In this document: positions 37,873 through 49,015 of the stretch, one piece after another
Layout of the letters: the number at the start of each line of letters is the position of its first letter
Numbering within the stretch: position 1 is the first letter of the stretch
Origin: Aquificaceae bacterium
GTDB taxonomy: Bacteria; Aquificota; Aquificia; Aquificales; Aquificaceae
Reading direction: 5' to 3'
Assembly: GCA_037924335.1 (NCBI GenBank)
Contig: JAXSMZ010000004.1
Location: 1-64,000 of the forward strand
Length of the DNA stretch: 64,000 bases
The notes under the pieces: generated by a model
What the model saw: the letters and a program-made list of their open reading frames with translations, nothing else
Databases searched by the model: none
What the model was told of the DNA's origin: nothing
Made by a program: the position numbers and the translations under genes

Positions 37873-37911
37873 CTCTGAAGAACTCTCCTTTGAAAGCTAT
37901 ATTCTATCTTT

Positions 37912-39756
37912 ATGAAGGAAAAATGGAAGATCATTGCGAGCATGATCAAAGGGGAGTTTGGTATTGAGGTACAGCCAAGCTACGAGGGATGGGGAGCAGG
38001 TTATGATCCAAAAAACTTGCCTCTTTTGGAGATGTGGGCAAGGGGTGAGGCTAAGGATATACCACAGCATGTTAAAAAGCCAAAAGGTATAGTGTTTAGT
38101 ATTCCAGAGCTCATAAAGAAGCACGAGGATACGGTCATAAACCACATAAGGCACGAGGTTAACTATCTTTTAAGTACGAACCTTTACTTTTGGAGACTTG
38201 GGCAGAGAGAGTTTTTTAAGTTTGGAATCCAGCCTACGGCTTTTTTGGTTCTTTACTCTGTGCTAGAATCCATCAAGGCGGACGAGCTTTTAATAAGGAA
38301 ACACCCTAAATCTTCAGACTCTTTAAAGGATAGATACAGTCAAATCATAAAAGAGCTTCCAAAAAAACTTTACCCACATCACAGATTTGCTCTTGGTTTT
38401 CTCATGCTGTGGTTGGGAAGGTTGGATGAGATGGAGACAGAGGGTCAAAGAAAGGTAAAGTCCTTAGAAGGGAGTTTTTTTGATTATCTTAGCAGTGATG
38501 AAGAAGGGGCTTATTACATACTTATGGAAGACTTATTCGGTAAGTACAGGGTTACAATAGAAGAGTCTCAGGAGCTTAGCCACATAGATATGCTCGTTGA
38601 AGAGGCATGGGGAAAGGTAAAAGAAGGGCACAGAGCAAGGATAATAACCGATGTTCTTGGAAAGCTTCCGCAGGATGTGAGAGCTTTGATAAAAAACCAG
38701 ATGTCTTTGGAAGAGAAAAACCACGTGCTCGGAAGTCTAAAGAACATACCAGACTGGATGCAAAGCTACATGAGGGAGATGTCATACATAAATTTGGTTG
38801 AAAAAGATTTAGCTTACATATCCCACTTTTTACCCAAGACTCTTGAAAGGGACATAGAACACAGAGGCTTTGTCTCTTTCTTGCTCAAGGGATGGGAAAG
38901 TGTAGGAGAGGGTGGGTTTTCCAATTCAAGCAACAAAAAAGAGGAGTTGTCTGAAAGGGATAAAAAGTATGAAAAGCTGTATAAACTCAAAGAAAAGGAC
39001 TTCAGAGAGTACAGACTTCTTTTGAAAAGTGTGCTACCTTATGTAGAATCTATGAAGCGCAGGTTTATAAAGCTGTTCCAGCAAGAGGATGAAGGTTGGA
39101 CATGGGGATATGTTCATGGAAGGCGCATGGACCACAAAAGAATTAGCGTAGAGGTTCCCACAAAGCAGGGTCGCATTTACAAAAGAAGGATTCTCCCAGA
39201 TAGAAAAAGGATAGCTTTTAAACTTCTTATAGATGTATCCTCTTCTATGAAAAGGGAGGAGAAGATACGTAATGCTCTGAGGTCTTTGATCCTTTTCAGT
39301 GAGGTTTTGGAAAAAATGGATTTGCCCTTTTCCATAGATGCTTTCAGCAGTGATATGTTCTCTATAAAGCCCTTTGCCACAGATTACAGCTCATCCCTTT
39401 CAAGAATAATAGAGCTTTCTGATATTCTCGGTGGGACAACAAACATAGAAAAGGCTCTGGTATTTGCTTCGGAAGATTTAGAGACTTTTTGTAAGAGGAA
39501 CGGCATTAAAGGCATTCTCATCCTATTTTCCGATGGTGAGCCTACAAAGGGACTCAAAGGAAAACCTTTGAAGGGTCTTATAGATGAACTCAAAGCAAAA
39601 TTTCCTATAGTAGGCATAGGTGTGGGAAGTACAAGAAACTTCATAGAGGATTACTTTGAGGAAACAGCCATAAGAGTAACAGATATGTCTAAGCTTCCCT
39701 CCGCCTTCACTTTTGTTATGGAAAACCAGTTCAAAAGGTTACAGATGCAAGCCTAA
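37912..39756 (+). CDS. VWA (MIDAS) domain protein, CobT/NorD-like
   Basis: GRRMD, LLIDVSSSM, GGT, FSDGEP and GIGVG in the C-terminal domain. Confidence 0.82.
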   Translation: MKEKWKIIASMIKGEFGIEVQPSYEGWGAGYDPKNLPLLEMWARGEAKDIPQHVKKPKGIVFSIPELIKKHEDTVINHIRHEVNYLLSTNLYFWRLGQREFFKFGIQPTAFLVLYSVLESIKADELLIRKHPKSSDSLKDRYSQIIKELPKKLYPHHRFALGFLMLWLGRLDEMETEGQRKVKSLEGSFFDYLSSDEEGAYYILMEDLFGKYRVTIEESQELSHIDMLVEEAWGKVKEGHRARIITDVLGKLPQDVRALIKNQMSLEEKNHVLGSLKNIPDWMQSYMREMSYINLVEKDLAYISHFLPKTLERDIEHRGFVSFLLKGWESVGEGGFSNSSNKKEELSERDKKYEKLYKLKEKDFREYRLLLKSVLPYVESMKRRFIKLFQQEDEGWTWGYVHGRRMDHKRISVEVPTKQGRIYKRRILPDRKRIAFKLLIDVSSSMKREEKIRNALRSLILFSEVLEKMDLPFSIDAFSSDMFSIKPFATDYSSSLSRIIELSDILGGTTNIEKALVFASEDLETFCKRNGIKGILILFSDGEPTKGLKGKPLKGLIDELKAKFPIVGIGVGSTRNFIEDYFEETAIRVTDMSKLPSAFTFVMENQFKRLQMQA

Positions 39757-40040
39757 CGTCTCACATGGAAGCTATAGTTGGTTTTTTTAGGATATTTTTT
39801 CGCCTCCTCAAAAAAATCCATAGCTTGATGCTCTTGACCCAAGGACATGTTTAAGAGTCCCAAGAGGTAATACTTCTCAAAACAGTCCTCCGAAAGCATA
39901 AGCCATTTTGTAGCCTCCAAGTACTTGAACTCCGTTATGTATCTTAGACCAAGGGAAAGAGGGTCCTTTAAACCCTTTAGGTCCTCTTTGTTTATCTTCC
40001 TTCCACCTTTGTAGATGATTATCCTAACCTTGACGCGCAT
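39753..40040 (-). CDS. Small hypothetical protein with one TPR-like motif
   Basis: YYLLGLLNMSLGQ..QA..FF..A; overlaps the upstream Fe-S gene. Confidence 0.6.
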   Translation of the reverse strand: MRVKVRIIIYKGGRKINKEDLKGLKDPLSLGLRYITEFKYLEATKWLMLSEDCFEKYYLLGLLNMSLGQEHQAMDFFEEAKKYPKKTNYSFHVRR

Positions 40041-40554
40041 TCCAATCGAAAATTTCCCTGTAAACCTCTGAATTTACCCTTTTAGCTATGTGTCTTTCTA
40101 TTGGAACTTGTTCTGTCTCAACAAAGTAAAGACAGTTGGTCACGCACTTAGAAACGCAAGAAGGCAAAAGTCCTTTATCCACTCTTTTGTAGCAATAATC
40201 ACACTTTTCCACCTTCATGGTGCTGGGATTAAAGCTTATAGCTCCGTAGGGACATGCTATTATACAAGCCTTACATCCTATGCATAGATTCTCCTGAAGG
40301 TATACAATCCCATCCTCTCTCTTCCTCATGGCCGATGTGGGACAAGCAAAGACACATGGGGCAGGCTCGCAGTGGAAGCAGTTCATGGGGAGGAAAAAGG
40401 CATCAGGTTCTTCCAAAAGTCCTTCAACTCTGAGGACCTTCATGGGTCTAATGCCAAAGGTCTCTATGCCTTTCTCTTGAACGCATGCAACCTCACACGA
40501 CAGACACCCTATGCATCTGTCCAAGTCTATGAGCATTACAGGCCTTTTTGTCAA
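40024..40554 (-). CDS. 4Fe-4S dicluster protein (DmsB/NrfC-like)
   Basis: CIGCLSCEVAC, CFHC..APC..ACP, CIGCKACIIACP, CDYC...PSC...C; TTG start with AGGAGG RBS. Confidence 0.9.
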   Translation of the reverse strand: MTKRPVMLIDLDRCIGCLSCEVACVQEKGIETFGIRPMKVLRVEGLLEEPDAFFLPMNCFHCEPAPCVFACPTSAMRKREDGIVYLQENLCIGCKACIIACPYGAISFNPSTMKVEKCDYCYKRVDKGLLPSCVSKCVTNCLYFVETEQVPIERHIAKRVNSEVYREIFDWNARQG

Positions 40555-40590
40555 TTTAGCCTCCTTTAGTTATATTATAATTTTCAAAGA

Positions 40591-40680
40591 GGAGAGGTGG
40601 CCGAGAGGCCGAAGGCGGCTCCCTGCTAAGGAGTTGTAGGGTTAAATGCCCTACCGCGGGTTCGAATCCCGCCCTCTCCG
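40591..40680 (+). tRNA. tRNA-Ser(GCT), CCA not encoded
   Basis: GGAGAGG/CCTCTCC acceptor stem, CT-GCT-AA loop, long variable arm, GGTTCGAATCC. Confidence 0.95.
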
Positions 40681-40693
40681 TATTGGAATGAAT

Positions 40694-41809
40694 ATGAAAA
40701 GAGCTGTGCTTGCCTTAGAGGATGGTACTTATTTTTTGGGATATTCCTTCGGTGCTGAAGGAACGGCCTATGGGGAGGTTGTTTTTAATACATCCATGAC
40801 TGGCTATCAGGAAATAATTACAGACCCATCTTACAGGGGGCAGATAGTAGTTATGACTTACACGCAGATAGGAAACTATGGAGTAAACAGTCAAGACGTA
40901 GAATCCAAGAATATACAGGTAAGCTCCCTTGTGGTGAGGGAGCTTTCTGCCTTTTACAGCAACTGGAGAGCACAAAAAAGCCTTGATGAGTACTTAAAAG
41001 AGAGTGGTGTTTTGGGTATATGGGGAGTGGATACAAGAGCCATCGTTAAAAAAATAAGGGAAAGGGGTGTCATAAGGGGAGTTGTCTCTACGAGCGGTGA
41101 AGACCCAAAGAAGCTGGTTAAAATGGCAATGAGTATAAAGGATATTTCAGAGATGGACCTTGTTGAGGAAGTTGCTACCAAGGAAATTTACCACTGGAAG
41201 GAAGGGGATTGGAATCTACAGAGTGGATATGTAAAAAAGGATGATGGAAGACCCCTTTTTGCGGTTGTGGACTTTGGAGTCAAGTATAACATACTTAGAA
41301 GGCTTGTGGGTGAAGGAGCTAAGGTAATTGTCATCCCTCCTTATGATGTGGAAAAGCTAATAGTAGAGCTTGACCCAGATGCCATACTACTGAGCAATGG
41401 CCCAGGAGACCCAAAAAGAGTGCTGCAGGGGATAAGGCTTGTCAGAAAGTTCATGGAAAAGAAGCCCCTCTTTGGTATATGCTTAGGACACCAGGTTATA
41501 GGTTTGGCTCTTGGTGGCAGGACTTACAAGCTCAAGTTTGGTCATCATGGTGGGAACCATCCAGTGAAGGACATTAGAGATGGACATATAGAGATAACTG
41601 CTCAGAATCACAACTTTGCAGTAGACCCAGAAACGCTGAAGGATGTGGAGATAACTCATATAAACTTGTTGGATGAAACCCTCGAAGGCTTTAAGCACAA
41701 GTACCTTCCCATATATTGCGTGCAGTACCATCCAGAAGCATCCCCTGGACCTCATGATTCTAAGAACATATTCAAAGAGTTCATAGAGCTCTCTTATGCA
41801 AGAGTTTAA
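40694..41809 (+). CDS. carA: Carbamoyl-phosphate synthase small chain
   Basis: GEVVFNTSMTGYQE, SNGPGDP, GICLGHQ, QYHPE. Confidence 0.97.
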   Translation: MKRAVLALEDGTYFLGYSFGAEGTAYGEVVFNTSMTGYQEIITDPSYRGQIVVMTYTQIGNYGVNSQDVESKNIQVSSLVVRELSAFYSNWRAQKSLDEYLKESGVLGIWGVDTRAIVKKIRERGVIRGVVSTSGEDPKKLVKMAMSIKDISEMDLVEEVATKEIYHWKEGDWNLQSGYVKKDDGRPLFAVVDFGVKYNILRRLVGEGAKVIVIPPYDVEKLIVELDPDAILLSNGPGDPKRVLQGIRLVRKFMEKKPLFGICLGHQVIGLALGGRTYKLKFGHHGGNHPVKDIRDGHIEITAQNHNFAVDPETLKDVEITHINLLDETLEGFKHKYLPIYCVQYHPEASPGPHDSKNIFKEFIELSYARV

Positions 41810-43523
41810 AAAAGAGAACAGTAAGATACTTCTCGTATCCTTCTTTGTGTTCTTAGGCATTCTTGCTGTCTTCCTGAAGATAGCTTACATTCAACTCATA
41901 AGCAGGGAAGAGTACATACAGAAGGTTATAGAAAGGTTTCCCAAACTGGTCCTGGTAGAGATACCAACCTACAGAGGCTCCATAAAGGATAGAAACGGTA
42001 ATGACCTTGCTGTGAGCATACCCACAGTATCCATCTTTGCTTTTCCAAGATACGTTCAAAACAAGGAAGACTTAGCAAGAAGGCTATCCGCAGCTTTGAA
42101 CTTACCCGAGCAGGATATACTCAAAAAGCTCAGTACAGAAAAGAAGTTTGTATGGTTAGCAAGAAGGATAAAAAAAGAACTTTTACCTTATATAAGAAGC
42201 GTCATAATAGATACACAAAACACAAGAGCGGTTGGCATCCAAGAAGATTTTAGTAGGTTTTATCCCAATGGACACTTGGCAAGTAACCTTTTGGGCTTTG
42301 TTGGTGAAGATGGAAGAGGGCTTGAAGGTCTTGAATTTCTCCTGAATCCCTTTTTCGATGAGGAAAAAACCAAGGTAAAATACCTTTTGTCTCCAGACTT
42401 AGGAAGGATCGCATTAGAACCAGTTGAAGATACATTCTTATCAAAAGAAGTTTACACAACCGTAGACCTGGGGGTTCAAACCATATTGGAGGACATAAGG
42501 GATGAGATAGTCAAAACTTGGAAGCCAAAAAAAGTGTCCATCATCATCATGGATGTCAAAAAGGGAGACATACTAGGGCTTACCACATACCCTTACTATA
42601 ATCCCAATGACTACCAAAAGTATCCCCCATGGAGCAGGAGGAACTATGCTGTAACAGACCTTTTTGAACCTGGTTCTGTAATGAAACCCTTCTTCATAGG
42701 AAAGGTATTGGATAAGGGTTACATAAAGGAAAACTATGGTGTTGACTGTGGAAGAGGTAAGACTGAGGCTTACGGTAGGCTCATAAGAGATGTACATCCC
42801 TATGGATACCTGAGCGTTGACCAAGTTTTGATAAAGTCTTCAAATGTAGGTACTGTTAAGATAGCAAAATTCTTATCCAAAAAGGATGTGGAAGATATAA
42901 TGAGGAAGGTCCATTTTTATGATGCTTTTAAGATAATACCTGGAGAAGCAAAGCCAAAGCTTCCGGATTACAGCTACCCTGCAAACATACTATACTCAGC
43001 CATAGGGCAAGGGCTTTCCACAAACCTTTTGAACCTTTGCGTTGCATTTGGAAGCCTTGCGACGGGACAGATTGTAAAACCTCGAGTAGTTCTTTACTCT
43101 GTTGACAACGAAGGGAAAAAGTCTTACTCCCAAGTGGATGTTCTAAACTCTCACCTTTTTTCTCCAAGCGTGATGGACTGGCTGCACAGAAACCTTATAA
43201 AGGTAGTTGAAGAAGGAACAGCAAAGGCTGCACGCTCTGAGTACTTCACCATAGCTGGAAAGACGGGCACATCTCAGAAGTTTGACGTAAAAACTGGAAA
43301 GTATTCAAGGGAGAAGGTTGTAGCTTACTTTGTGGGTTACTTCCCAGCCACACAGCCTAGGTTCGTGGCTGGCATATCGGTGGATGAGCCTAAGGGGATC
43401 GCTTACGGTGGGTCAGCAGCTGCTCCTTACTTTAAGGAGCTTGTGGAAAGAGTTGCATCCTATTACCGTTTAGAACCCGATAAGCCTAAGGAGATCATCC
43501 CTCGTTTCCATGGGAAGGAGTAG
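41796..43523 (+). CDS. ftsI: Class B penicillin-binding protein (FtsI/PBP3-like)
   Basis: N-terminal TM, RG.I.DRNG, EPGSVMK, SSN, KTGT. Confidence 0.88.
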   Translation: MQEFKKENSKILLVSFFVFLGILAVFLKIAYIQLISREEYIQKVIERFPKLVLVEIPTYRGSIKDRNGNDLAVSIPTVSIFAFPRYVQNKEDLARRLSAALNLPEQDILKKLSTEKKFVWLARRIKKELLPYIRSVIIDTQNTRAVGIQEDFSRFYPNGHLASNLLGFVGEDGRGLEGLEFLLNPFFDEEKTKVKYLLSPDLGRIALEPVEDTFLSKEVYTTVDLGVQTILEDIRDEIVKTWKPKKVSIIIMDVKKGDILGLTTYPYYNPNDYQKYPPWSRRNYAVTDLFEPGSVMKPFFIGKVLDKGYIKENYGVDCGRGKTEAYGRLIRDVHPYGYLSVDQVLIKSSNVGTVKIAKFLSKKDVEDIMRKVHFYDAFKIIPGEAKPKLPDYSYPANILYSAIGQGLSTNLLNLCVAFGSLATGQIVKPRVVLYSVDNEGKKSYSQVDVLNSHLFSPSVMDWLHRNLIKVVEEGTAKAARSEYFTIAGKTGTSQKFDVKTGKYSREKVVAYFVGYFPATQPRFVAGISVDEPKGIAYGGSAAAPYFKELVERVASYYRLEPDKPKEIIPRFHGKE

Positions 43524-44123
43524 GGCATCTATCTTGGGAACTTTTACTGGCTTTATGTGGGTGAGCTCCTCCACTATGGTTGGGTTTGTCCTTTCGGATA
43601 CATCCTCTCCCGCAAAACCGTTCATCACTATACCAACAATGTCGATCCCCATGCTCTTTATGTAATGGAAGGATAAGAAGGTGTGATTTATAGTTCCAAG
43701 CCCAGCCTTAGCGACCAAAAGGACTGGCAGTTTCCAGTCTCTTGCAAGCTTTGCGTAATCGTAGTTTTTTTTAATGGGTACTGCTATGCCACCAGCTCCT
43801 TCCACCACAAGAAAGTCATACCTCTTTAGCATATCTTTGTAGTGCCCATAGAGCTTGTACAAGGAAAATTCTTTTTTTTCCTCCAAAATACTGGCGTAGG
43901 GAGACAGGGGTAAAGAGAAAATCACTGGAACAGCCTCAGATATGTCTTGTCCTGTAATGCTTACGATAAGTGACCCATCGGTAGGAAGAACAACAACACC
44001 AGTTTCAAAAGGCTTTAGATAGCCTACCCTTATACCCTTCTCCTTCAAGGAATAAATTAAGTTATAGGCTATAAAAGTTTTGCCAACGTTCGTGTCAGTT
44101 CCTGTTATCATCAAGGCTTTCAT
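43470..44123 (-). CDS. bioD: Dethiobiotin synthase
   Basis: TGTDTNVGKT, KP..TG, EGAGG, LGTINH. Confidence 0.96.
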   Translation of the reverse strand: MKALMITGTDTNVGKTFIAYNLIYSLKEKGIRVGYLKPFETGVVVLPTDGSLIVSITGQDISEAVPVIFSLPLSPYASILEEKKEFSLYKLYGHYKDMLKRYDFLVVEGAGGIAVPIKKNYDYAKLARDWKLPVLLVAKAGLGTINHTFLSFHYIKSMGIDIVGIVMNGFAGEDVSERTNPTIVEELTHIKPVKVPKIDALLLPMETRDDLLRLIGF

Positions 44124-44198
44124 TCTAATAATTATCAAACATACACGCTGGATGGTAAATTTTCACCCTGGCAGTTTGAAAGAATTTATAATAAATCT

Positions 44199-44564
44199 AT
44201 GCATCACCTGAGTGAGCAGCAAATAGCTGAATTGAAAAGTGTGCTCCTCTCAATGAGGGAGAAGATAATAAGGTCTGCCGATGAGCAGATAAAAGACCCT
44301 TCAAACGTAACCTTTGAAGGCGGAGATGAGATAGACAGGGCAAACATAGAGACAGAAAGGTACCTGCAACTTCAGAGAGTTAAAACGAGAGAACTTAACC
44401 TTTTAAGAAAGATAGATTATGCTCTCATGAAGATAGAGCAAGGTACTTATGGAATCTGTGAGAGCTGCGGGGCGCCTATACCCTTTGATAGACTTAAGGC
44501 TCGGCCTGTGACTACCATGTGTATAAACTGCAAAGAGTTTGAAGAGGAAAGGGAAAATGAGTGA
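44199..44564 (+). CDS. dksA: DksA/TraR family RNA polymerase-binding protein
   Basis: DEID coiled-coil tip; YGICESC...RL.ARP....CINC zinc finger. Confidence 0.88.
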   Translation: MHHLSEQQIAELKSVLLSMREKIIRSADEQIKDPSNVTFEGGDEIDRANIETERYLQLQRVKTRELNLLRKIDYALMKIEQGTYGICESCGAPIPFDRLKARPVTTMCINCKEFEEERENE

Positions 44565-45768
44565 GGATTGGATGTTTCCTAAGGTAAGAAAATTGCCTAA
44601 GTATGTTTTTGCAATGGTCAACGAGCTCAAGTACAAGCTGAGAAGAGAAGGGGAGGACATAGTGGACCTTGGAATGGGTAATCCGGACCTTCCACCAGAC
44701 CATCGTATTATAGATAAACTGTGTGAAGTATCCAGAAGGGATAACGTTCATGGCTACTCTGCATCAAGGGGAATACCAAGATTGAGAAAAGCCATATGTG
44801 ACTTTTACATGAGAAGGTACGGGGTAAGGCTTGACCCAGAGACCGAAGCCATTATGACCATAGGTGCAAAGGAAGGTTACTCTCATCTTATGCTTGCCCT
44901 ATTGGAGCCTGGGGATACGGTTATCGTTCCCAATCCTACCTATCCTATACACTATTACGCTCCCATAATCGTCGGTGGGGATGCTGTGTCCATACCGATA
45001 GTTCCAGAAGGCAATCAAGACCTTTACCAATACTTTACAAAAAAACTCTACGACCTTCTTAGGTCATCCTTTAGAAAACCGAAGGCAGTGGTACTGAGCT
45101 TTCCGCACAACCCAACAACCCTCTGCGTAGATTTGAACTTTTTCAAAGAGATGGTGGAGATAGCCAAACAAGAAGATGTCTGGATAATCCACGACTTTGC
45201 TTATGCAGATCTGGGCTTTGACGGTTACGAACCACCAAGCATACTTCAGGTAGAAGGTGCCAAAGATGTTGCGGTTGAAATATACAGTATGTCAAAAGGT
45301 TTTTCTATGGCTGGTTGGCGCATAGCCTTTATGGTGGGGAACGAGAAGCTCATTAAAAACCTGACGCATCTAAAAAGCTATTTAGACTACGGTATCTTTA
45401 CACCCATGCAGGTGGCAGCAATTATAGCTTTGGAGAGTCCCTACGAGATAGTGGAGAAAAACAGAGAAGTCTACAAGAAAAGAAGGGATGTTCTCGTGGA
45501 AGGTCTTAACAAGATAGGATGGGAGATTAAAAAACCCATGGGAAGCATGTTTGTATGGGCAAAGGTTCCAGATTGGGTTGGTATGTCCTCGCTGGACTTT
45601 TCCCTCTTTCTTCTAAGGGAAGCTAAGGTTGCAGTTTCTCCCGGCATAGGTTTTGGTGAACACGGTGAAGGCTACGTAAGGTTTGCTCTCGTAGAAAACG
45701 AACACCGTATAAGACAGGCGGTAAGAGGGATAAAGAAAGCTTTTGAAAAGTTCAAACAGAAGGTCTGA
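44557..45768 (+). CDS. Class I PLP aminotransferase (AlaC-like)
   Basis: [30 protein letters not shown]. Confidence 0.9.
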   Translation: MSEDWMFPKVRKLPKYVFAMVNELKYKLRREGEDIVDLGMGNPDLPPDHRIIDKLCEVSRRDNVHGYSASRGIPRLRKAICDFYMRRYGVRLDPETEAIMTIGAKEGYSHLMLALLEPGDTVIVPNPTYPIHYYAPIIVGGDAVSIPIVPEGNQDLYQYFTKKLYDLLRSSFRKPKAVVLSFPHNPTTLCVDLNFFKEMVEIAKQEDVWIIHDFAYADLGFDGYEPPSILQVEGAKDVAVEIYSMSKGFSMAGWRIAFMVGNEKLIKNLTHLKSYLDYGIFTPMQVAAIIALESPYEIVEKNREVYKKRRDVLVEGLNKIGWEIKKPMGSMFVWAKVPDWVGMSSLDFSLFLLREAKVAVSPGIGFGEHGEGYVRFALVENEHRIRQAVRGIKKAFEKFKQKV

Positions 45769-45790
45769 AAAGCGTTTAAAATATTAAACC

Positions 45791-47032
45791 ATGAAGCTTT
45801 TGGTGGTAAAGTTTGGTGGGACATCCGTTGGTACGCTCCAAAGGATAGAAAACGTCGCAAGAAGAGCTGTGGAAAAGATAAAGCAAGGCTATAAAGTTTT
45901 AGTAGTCTCATCAGCCATGGCTGGGGAGACAGATAGGCTTATAAACCTTGCCAAGCAGATAGACCCGAAGGCTCCAACCCGTGAGATGGATATGCTCATA
46001 GCTACTGGGGAACAGCAGGCAATAGCCCTCTTATCCATAATGATAAACAAGCTTGGGTATCCATCGGTTAGTTTGTGTGGATGGCAGGTTCCTATAATAA
46101 CTGATAGCGTACATACAAAGGCAAGAGTTAAAAAGGTAGGAGTTCAGAGGATAAAAAACCTTTTAAACGAGGGCTACATACCAGTGGTTGCAGGCTTTCA
46201 AGGTGTTACAGAAGACTGGGAAATAACCACTCTTGGGAGAGGTGGTTCGGACCTTTCTGCCGTTGTCCTTGCCCATGCCCTGAAGGCTAACTGTGAGATA
46301 TACACGGACGTTGAAGGCGTCTATACTGCAGACCCGAGGATCGTACCAGAATCAAGGAAAATACCTTACATATCCTATGAAGAGATGCTTGAGATGGCAT
46401 CCCTTGGTGCGAAGGTGATGCAGGCAAGGAGCGTTGAGTTTGCAATGAAAAACAACGTGAGAATTCATGTGAGAAGTTCCTTCTCAGAGAAGGAAGGGAC
46501 TTGGATAGTACCGGAGGAGGAAGTTATGGAAAAAGTTGCAGTAAGAGCTATAACTTTGGATACTAAGGAATCTAGGATAACTGTGGTAAGAGTACCAGAC
46601 AGACCAGGTATAGCTTACAGCATATTTAAAGCCCTCGGAGATGCTCACATAGTGGTGGATATGATAGTTCAAAACGTCTCTCATCAAGGCTACACAGACA
46701 TGTCCTTTACGGTTAACAAAGCGGATGCTCGAAAAGCTGAGGAGATAGTAAAAAAAGTGGCTAAAGAGATAGGAGCTCAGGAAGTTGTAAGGGACGATAA
46801 CGTAGCAAAGATATCCGTAGTTGGCATAGGTATGAAAAGCTCTTACGGTACTGCGGCAAAGATGTTTGAGGTACTTTACAAAAACGGAATAAACATAATG
46901 GCCATATCCACCTCAGAGATAAAGATATCATGCCTTATAGAAGGCAAGTATGGGGAGCTTGCAGTAAGGGAGCTTCACTCAGCGTTCATAGAAGAAGGGG
47001 AAGAAGTAAAGGTAATGAATGAGACTGGGTAA
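45791..47032 (+). CDS. lysC: Aspartate kinase
   Basis: [21 protein letters not shown], two ACT domains. Confidence 0.96.
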   Translation: MKLLVVKFGGTSVGTLQRIENVARRAVEKIKQGYKVLVVSSAMAGETDRLINLAKQIDPKAPTREMDMLIATGEQQAIALLSIMINKLGYPSVSLCGWQVPIITDSVHTKARVKKVGVQRIKNLLNEGYIPVVAGFQGVTEDWEITTLGRGGSDLSAVVLAHALKANCEIYTDVEGVYTADPRIVPESRKIPYISYEEMLEMASLGAKVMQARSVEFAMKNNVRIHVRSSFSEKEGTWIVPEEEVMEKVAVRAITLDTKESRITVVRVPDRPGIAYSIFKALGDAHIVVDMIVQNVSHQGYTDMSFTVNKADARKAEEIVKKVAKEIGAQEVVRDDNVAKISVVGIGMKSSYGTAAKMFEVLYKNGINIMAISTSEIKISCLIEGKYGELAVRELHSAFIEEGEEVKVMNETG

Positions 47033-47969
47033 AGACAGAGCAGAGCTTCTCTTTGAGAAGTTCAAAAGTCTAAAGGTGCTGGTTGTAGGGGATGTGATCC
47101 TTGACAGATACGTGTTTGGGAAAGTAGAACGTATATCACCAGAGGCGCCAGTGCCCATAGTAGAGGTTGAAAGAGAGGATTTTAAGCTAGGTGGTGCTGG
47201 AAATGTGGCCAACAACCTATCTTCGCTCGGAGTAAAAACTTATCTCACTGGAGTTGTCGGAGAAGACTACGGCATGCACATTGTTTATGGGCTTTTGAAA
47301 GAAAAAGGGATTCAAACCCTACTGGTGAAGGATATAGGAAGACCAACAACTGAGAAAACAAGGATAATATCCCTATCGCAGCAACTGATAAGGATAGATA
47401 GAGAGGACAAGAAGGGAGTGGACGGAGGAGTTTTAAGAGAGCTTTTGGAGAGGCTTGATGTTGATGTGGATGGTGTGATACTCTCCGATTATGCAAAAGG
47501 TGTAGTGTGCAAAGATGTTGTAAGCAGAGTAAAACAGAAGGGAGTTTTTTATTCCATAGACCCAAGGCCTGACAATATGCATATTTACAAGGATGCTCAC
47601 CTGATGACTCCCAATGAAAAAGAAGCCAGAAGTATGTTTTCAGCAGGCAGTATAGAGGAGCTTGGCTGGGGACTAAAGAGGTCTCTCAATTTAACAACCT
47701 TAGTGATAACATTAGGACCAAAGGGGATGGCTCTCTTTGGAGACATTTTTGAAACATTTCCAGCAAGGGCAAAGCAGGTTTATGATGTGACAGGTGCTGG
47801 CGATACAGTTGTAGCTGTTCTTACCGCTTCTTACCTTGCTGGCGCTTCTTGGGAAGAGGCTTGCGAGCTAGCCAACTTATGCGCTGGTATAGTGGTAGGT
47901 AAGCTTGGAACAGAAACACCAAGTATTGAGGAGGTGTTTAAATACCTTGAGGAAGGGGAAGGACTTTGA
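47019..47969 (+). CDS. rfaE1: D-glycero-beta-D-manno-heptose-7-phosphate kinase (RfaE domain I)
   Basis: [30 protein letters not shown]. Confidence 0.93.
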   Translation: MRLGKDRAELLFEKFKSLKVLVVGDVILDRYVFGKVERISPEAPVPIVEVEREDFKLGGAGNVANNLSSLGVKTYLTGVVGEDYGMHIVYGLLKEKGIQTLLVKDIGRPTTEKTRIISLSQQLIRIDREDKKGVDGGVLRELLERLDVDVDGVILSDYAKGVVCKDVVSRVKQKGVFYSIDPRPDNMHIYKDAHLMTPNEKEARSMFSAGSIEELGWGLKRSLNLTTLVITLGPKGMALFGDIFETFPARAKQVYDVTGAGDTVVAVLTASYLAGASWEEACELANLCAGIVVGKLGTETPSIEEVFKYLEEGEGL

Positions 47970-48282
47970 GGACATGGCTTGCGAGTATCTTGAATCTCTT
48001 GGCTACAGTATAATACGCAGGAACTTCCATTGCCGAGGTGGAGAGATAGACATACTGGCAATGGACCAGGATACCCTTGTGTTTGTAGAAGTGAAGGGGA
48101 AAAGATGTAAAGGATATACAGACCCTGCAGAGAGAATAGACAGAGTAAAGAAAAGCAGACTTTTAAGATGTATAGAAGCTTATCTTTCTGAATATCCTAC
48201 AGAAAATCTGAGAGTAGATGTTCTTCTCTTTAGAGGAAACAGCATAGAGCACATCAAAGGTATAGAACTTGACAGCTTATAA
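47947..48282 (+). CDS. YraN family putative endonuclease (start uncertain)
   Basis: G...E..A..YL...G, GEIDI, FVEVK, RVDV. Confidence 0.85.
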   Translation: MRKGKDFEDMACEYLESLGYSIIRRNFHCRGGEIDILAMDQDTLVFVEVKGKRCKGYTDPAERIDRVKKSRLLRCIEAYLSEYPTENLRVDVLLFRGNSIEHIKGIELDSL

Positions 48283-48307
48283 ATTATATAAGATAATTCT
48301 TCATACT

Positions 48308-49015
48308 ATGAAGAGGGTGGTCATCGTATTTGCTCTGGCAGTGGCTTCATGTGGACCCATAACCAAAGAAGAGTTGGACAAAAAGTTTTCAGATGTGGAT
48401 AGCAGGCTAAGCAAGCTCGAAGAAAGACAGAAAAGGCTCGAAGAGCAAAGCATAAAGACAGAGATGAGAGTTGATAATTTGGCAGAAACCCTTACAAAGC
48501 TCAGGCTAGATGTGGAAAAACTGAAAACTCCTGGGAGAAGAGAGATAGAAACCAAACTCCCCCAGGAAAACTATAAAAGTGTAGAAAAGTCAAAGACTTC
48601 AGGGGGAATGGAGAAAGAAACGAAGCCCGTAGAGGATTATCAAAGGGAGTATGAGGAAGCTGTTAAGTTATACAACATGGGGCAGTTAGCTCAAGCTAAG
48701 GATAAACTTATAGGGTTCATAAAGAAGAATCCGCAGACTAACCTAACTGATAATGCTTACTTTTGGTTGGGTGTGGCATTCAGAGACCTTAATGAACTTG
48801 ATAAGGCAGAAGTTGTTTGGCTCACCCTTGTAGAAAAGTGCAAGAAAGGGGAGCTTCCAGATTGTAACAAGGTTCCAGCAGCGTATTTACAGCTTGCAAG
48901 GCTTTATGAACAGAAGGGTAACCAGCAGAAAGCCAGCGAGGTTTATAAATCCTTGATGGAAGAATATCCTCTTTCAGAAGAGGCTGAAATAGCCAAGAGG
49001 AAAATAAGTAAGTGA
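48308..49015 (+). CDS. CpoB/YbgF-like TPR lipoprotein
   Basis: Lipobox VAS|C, coiled coil, TPR motifs NAYFWLG and YP.S..A. Confidence 0.8.
   Translation: MKRVVIVFALAVASCGPITKEELDKKFSDVDSRLSKLEERQKRLEEQSIKTEMRVDNLAETLTKLRLDVEKLKTPGRREIETKLPQENYKSVEKSKTSGGMEKETKPVEDYQREYEEAVKLYNMGQLAQAKDKLIGFIKKNPQTNLTDNAYFWLGVAFRDLNELDKAEVVWLTLVEKCKKGELPDCNKVPAAYLQLARLYEQKGNQQKASEVYKSLMEEYPLSEEAEIAKRKISK

Noticed and set aside
40646..40693. N-terminal extension of carA (MPYRGFESRPLR) in the ORF track
   Set aside because: It is a translation of the tRNA-Ser 3' half; CarA homology starts at MKRAVL (40694).
43470..43523. Convergent 3' overlaps (ftsI/bioD, also pheA/DUF58 and NTPase/pilD)
   Set aside because: These are common in this compact genome and show no specific signal.
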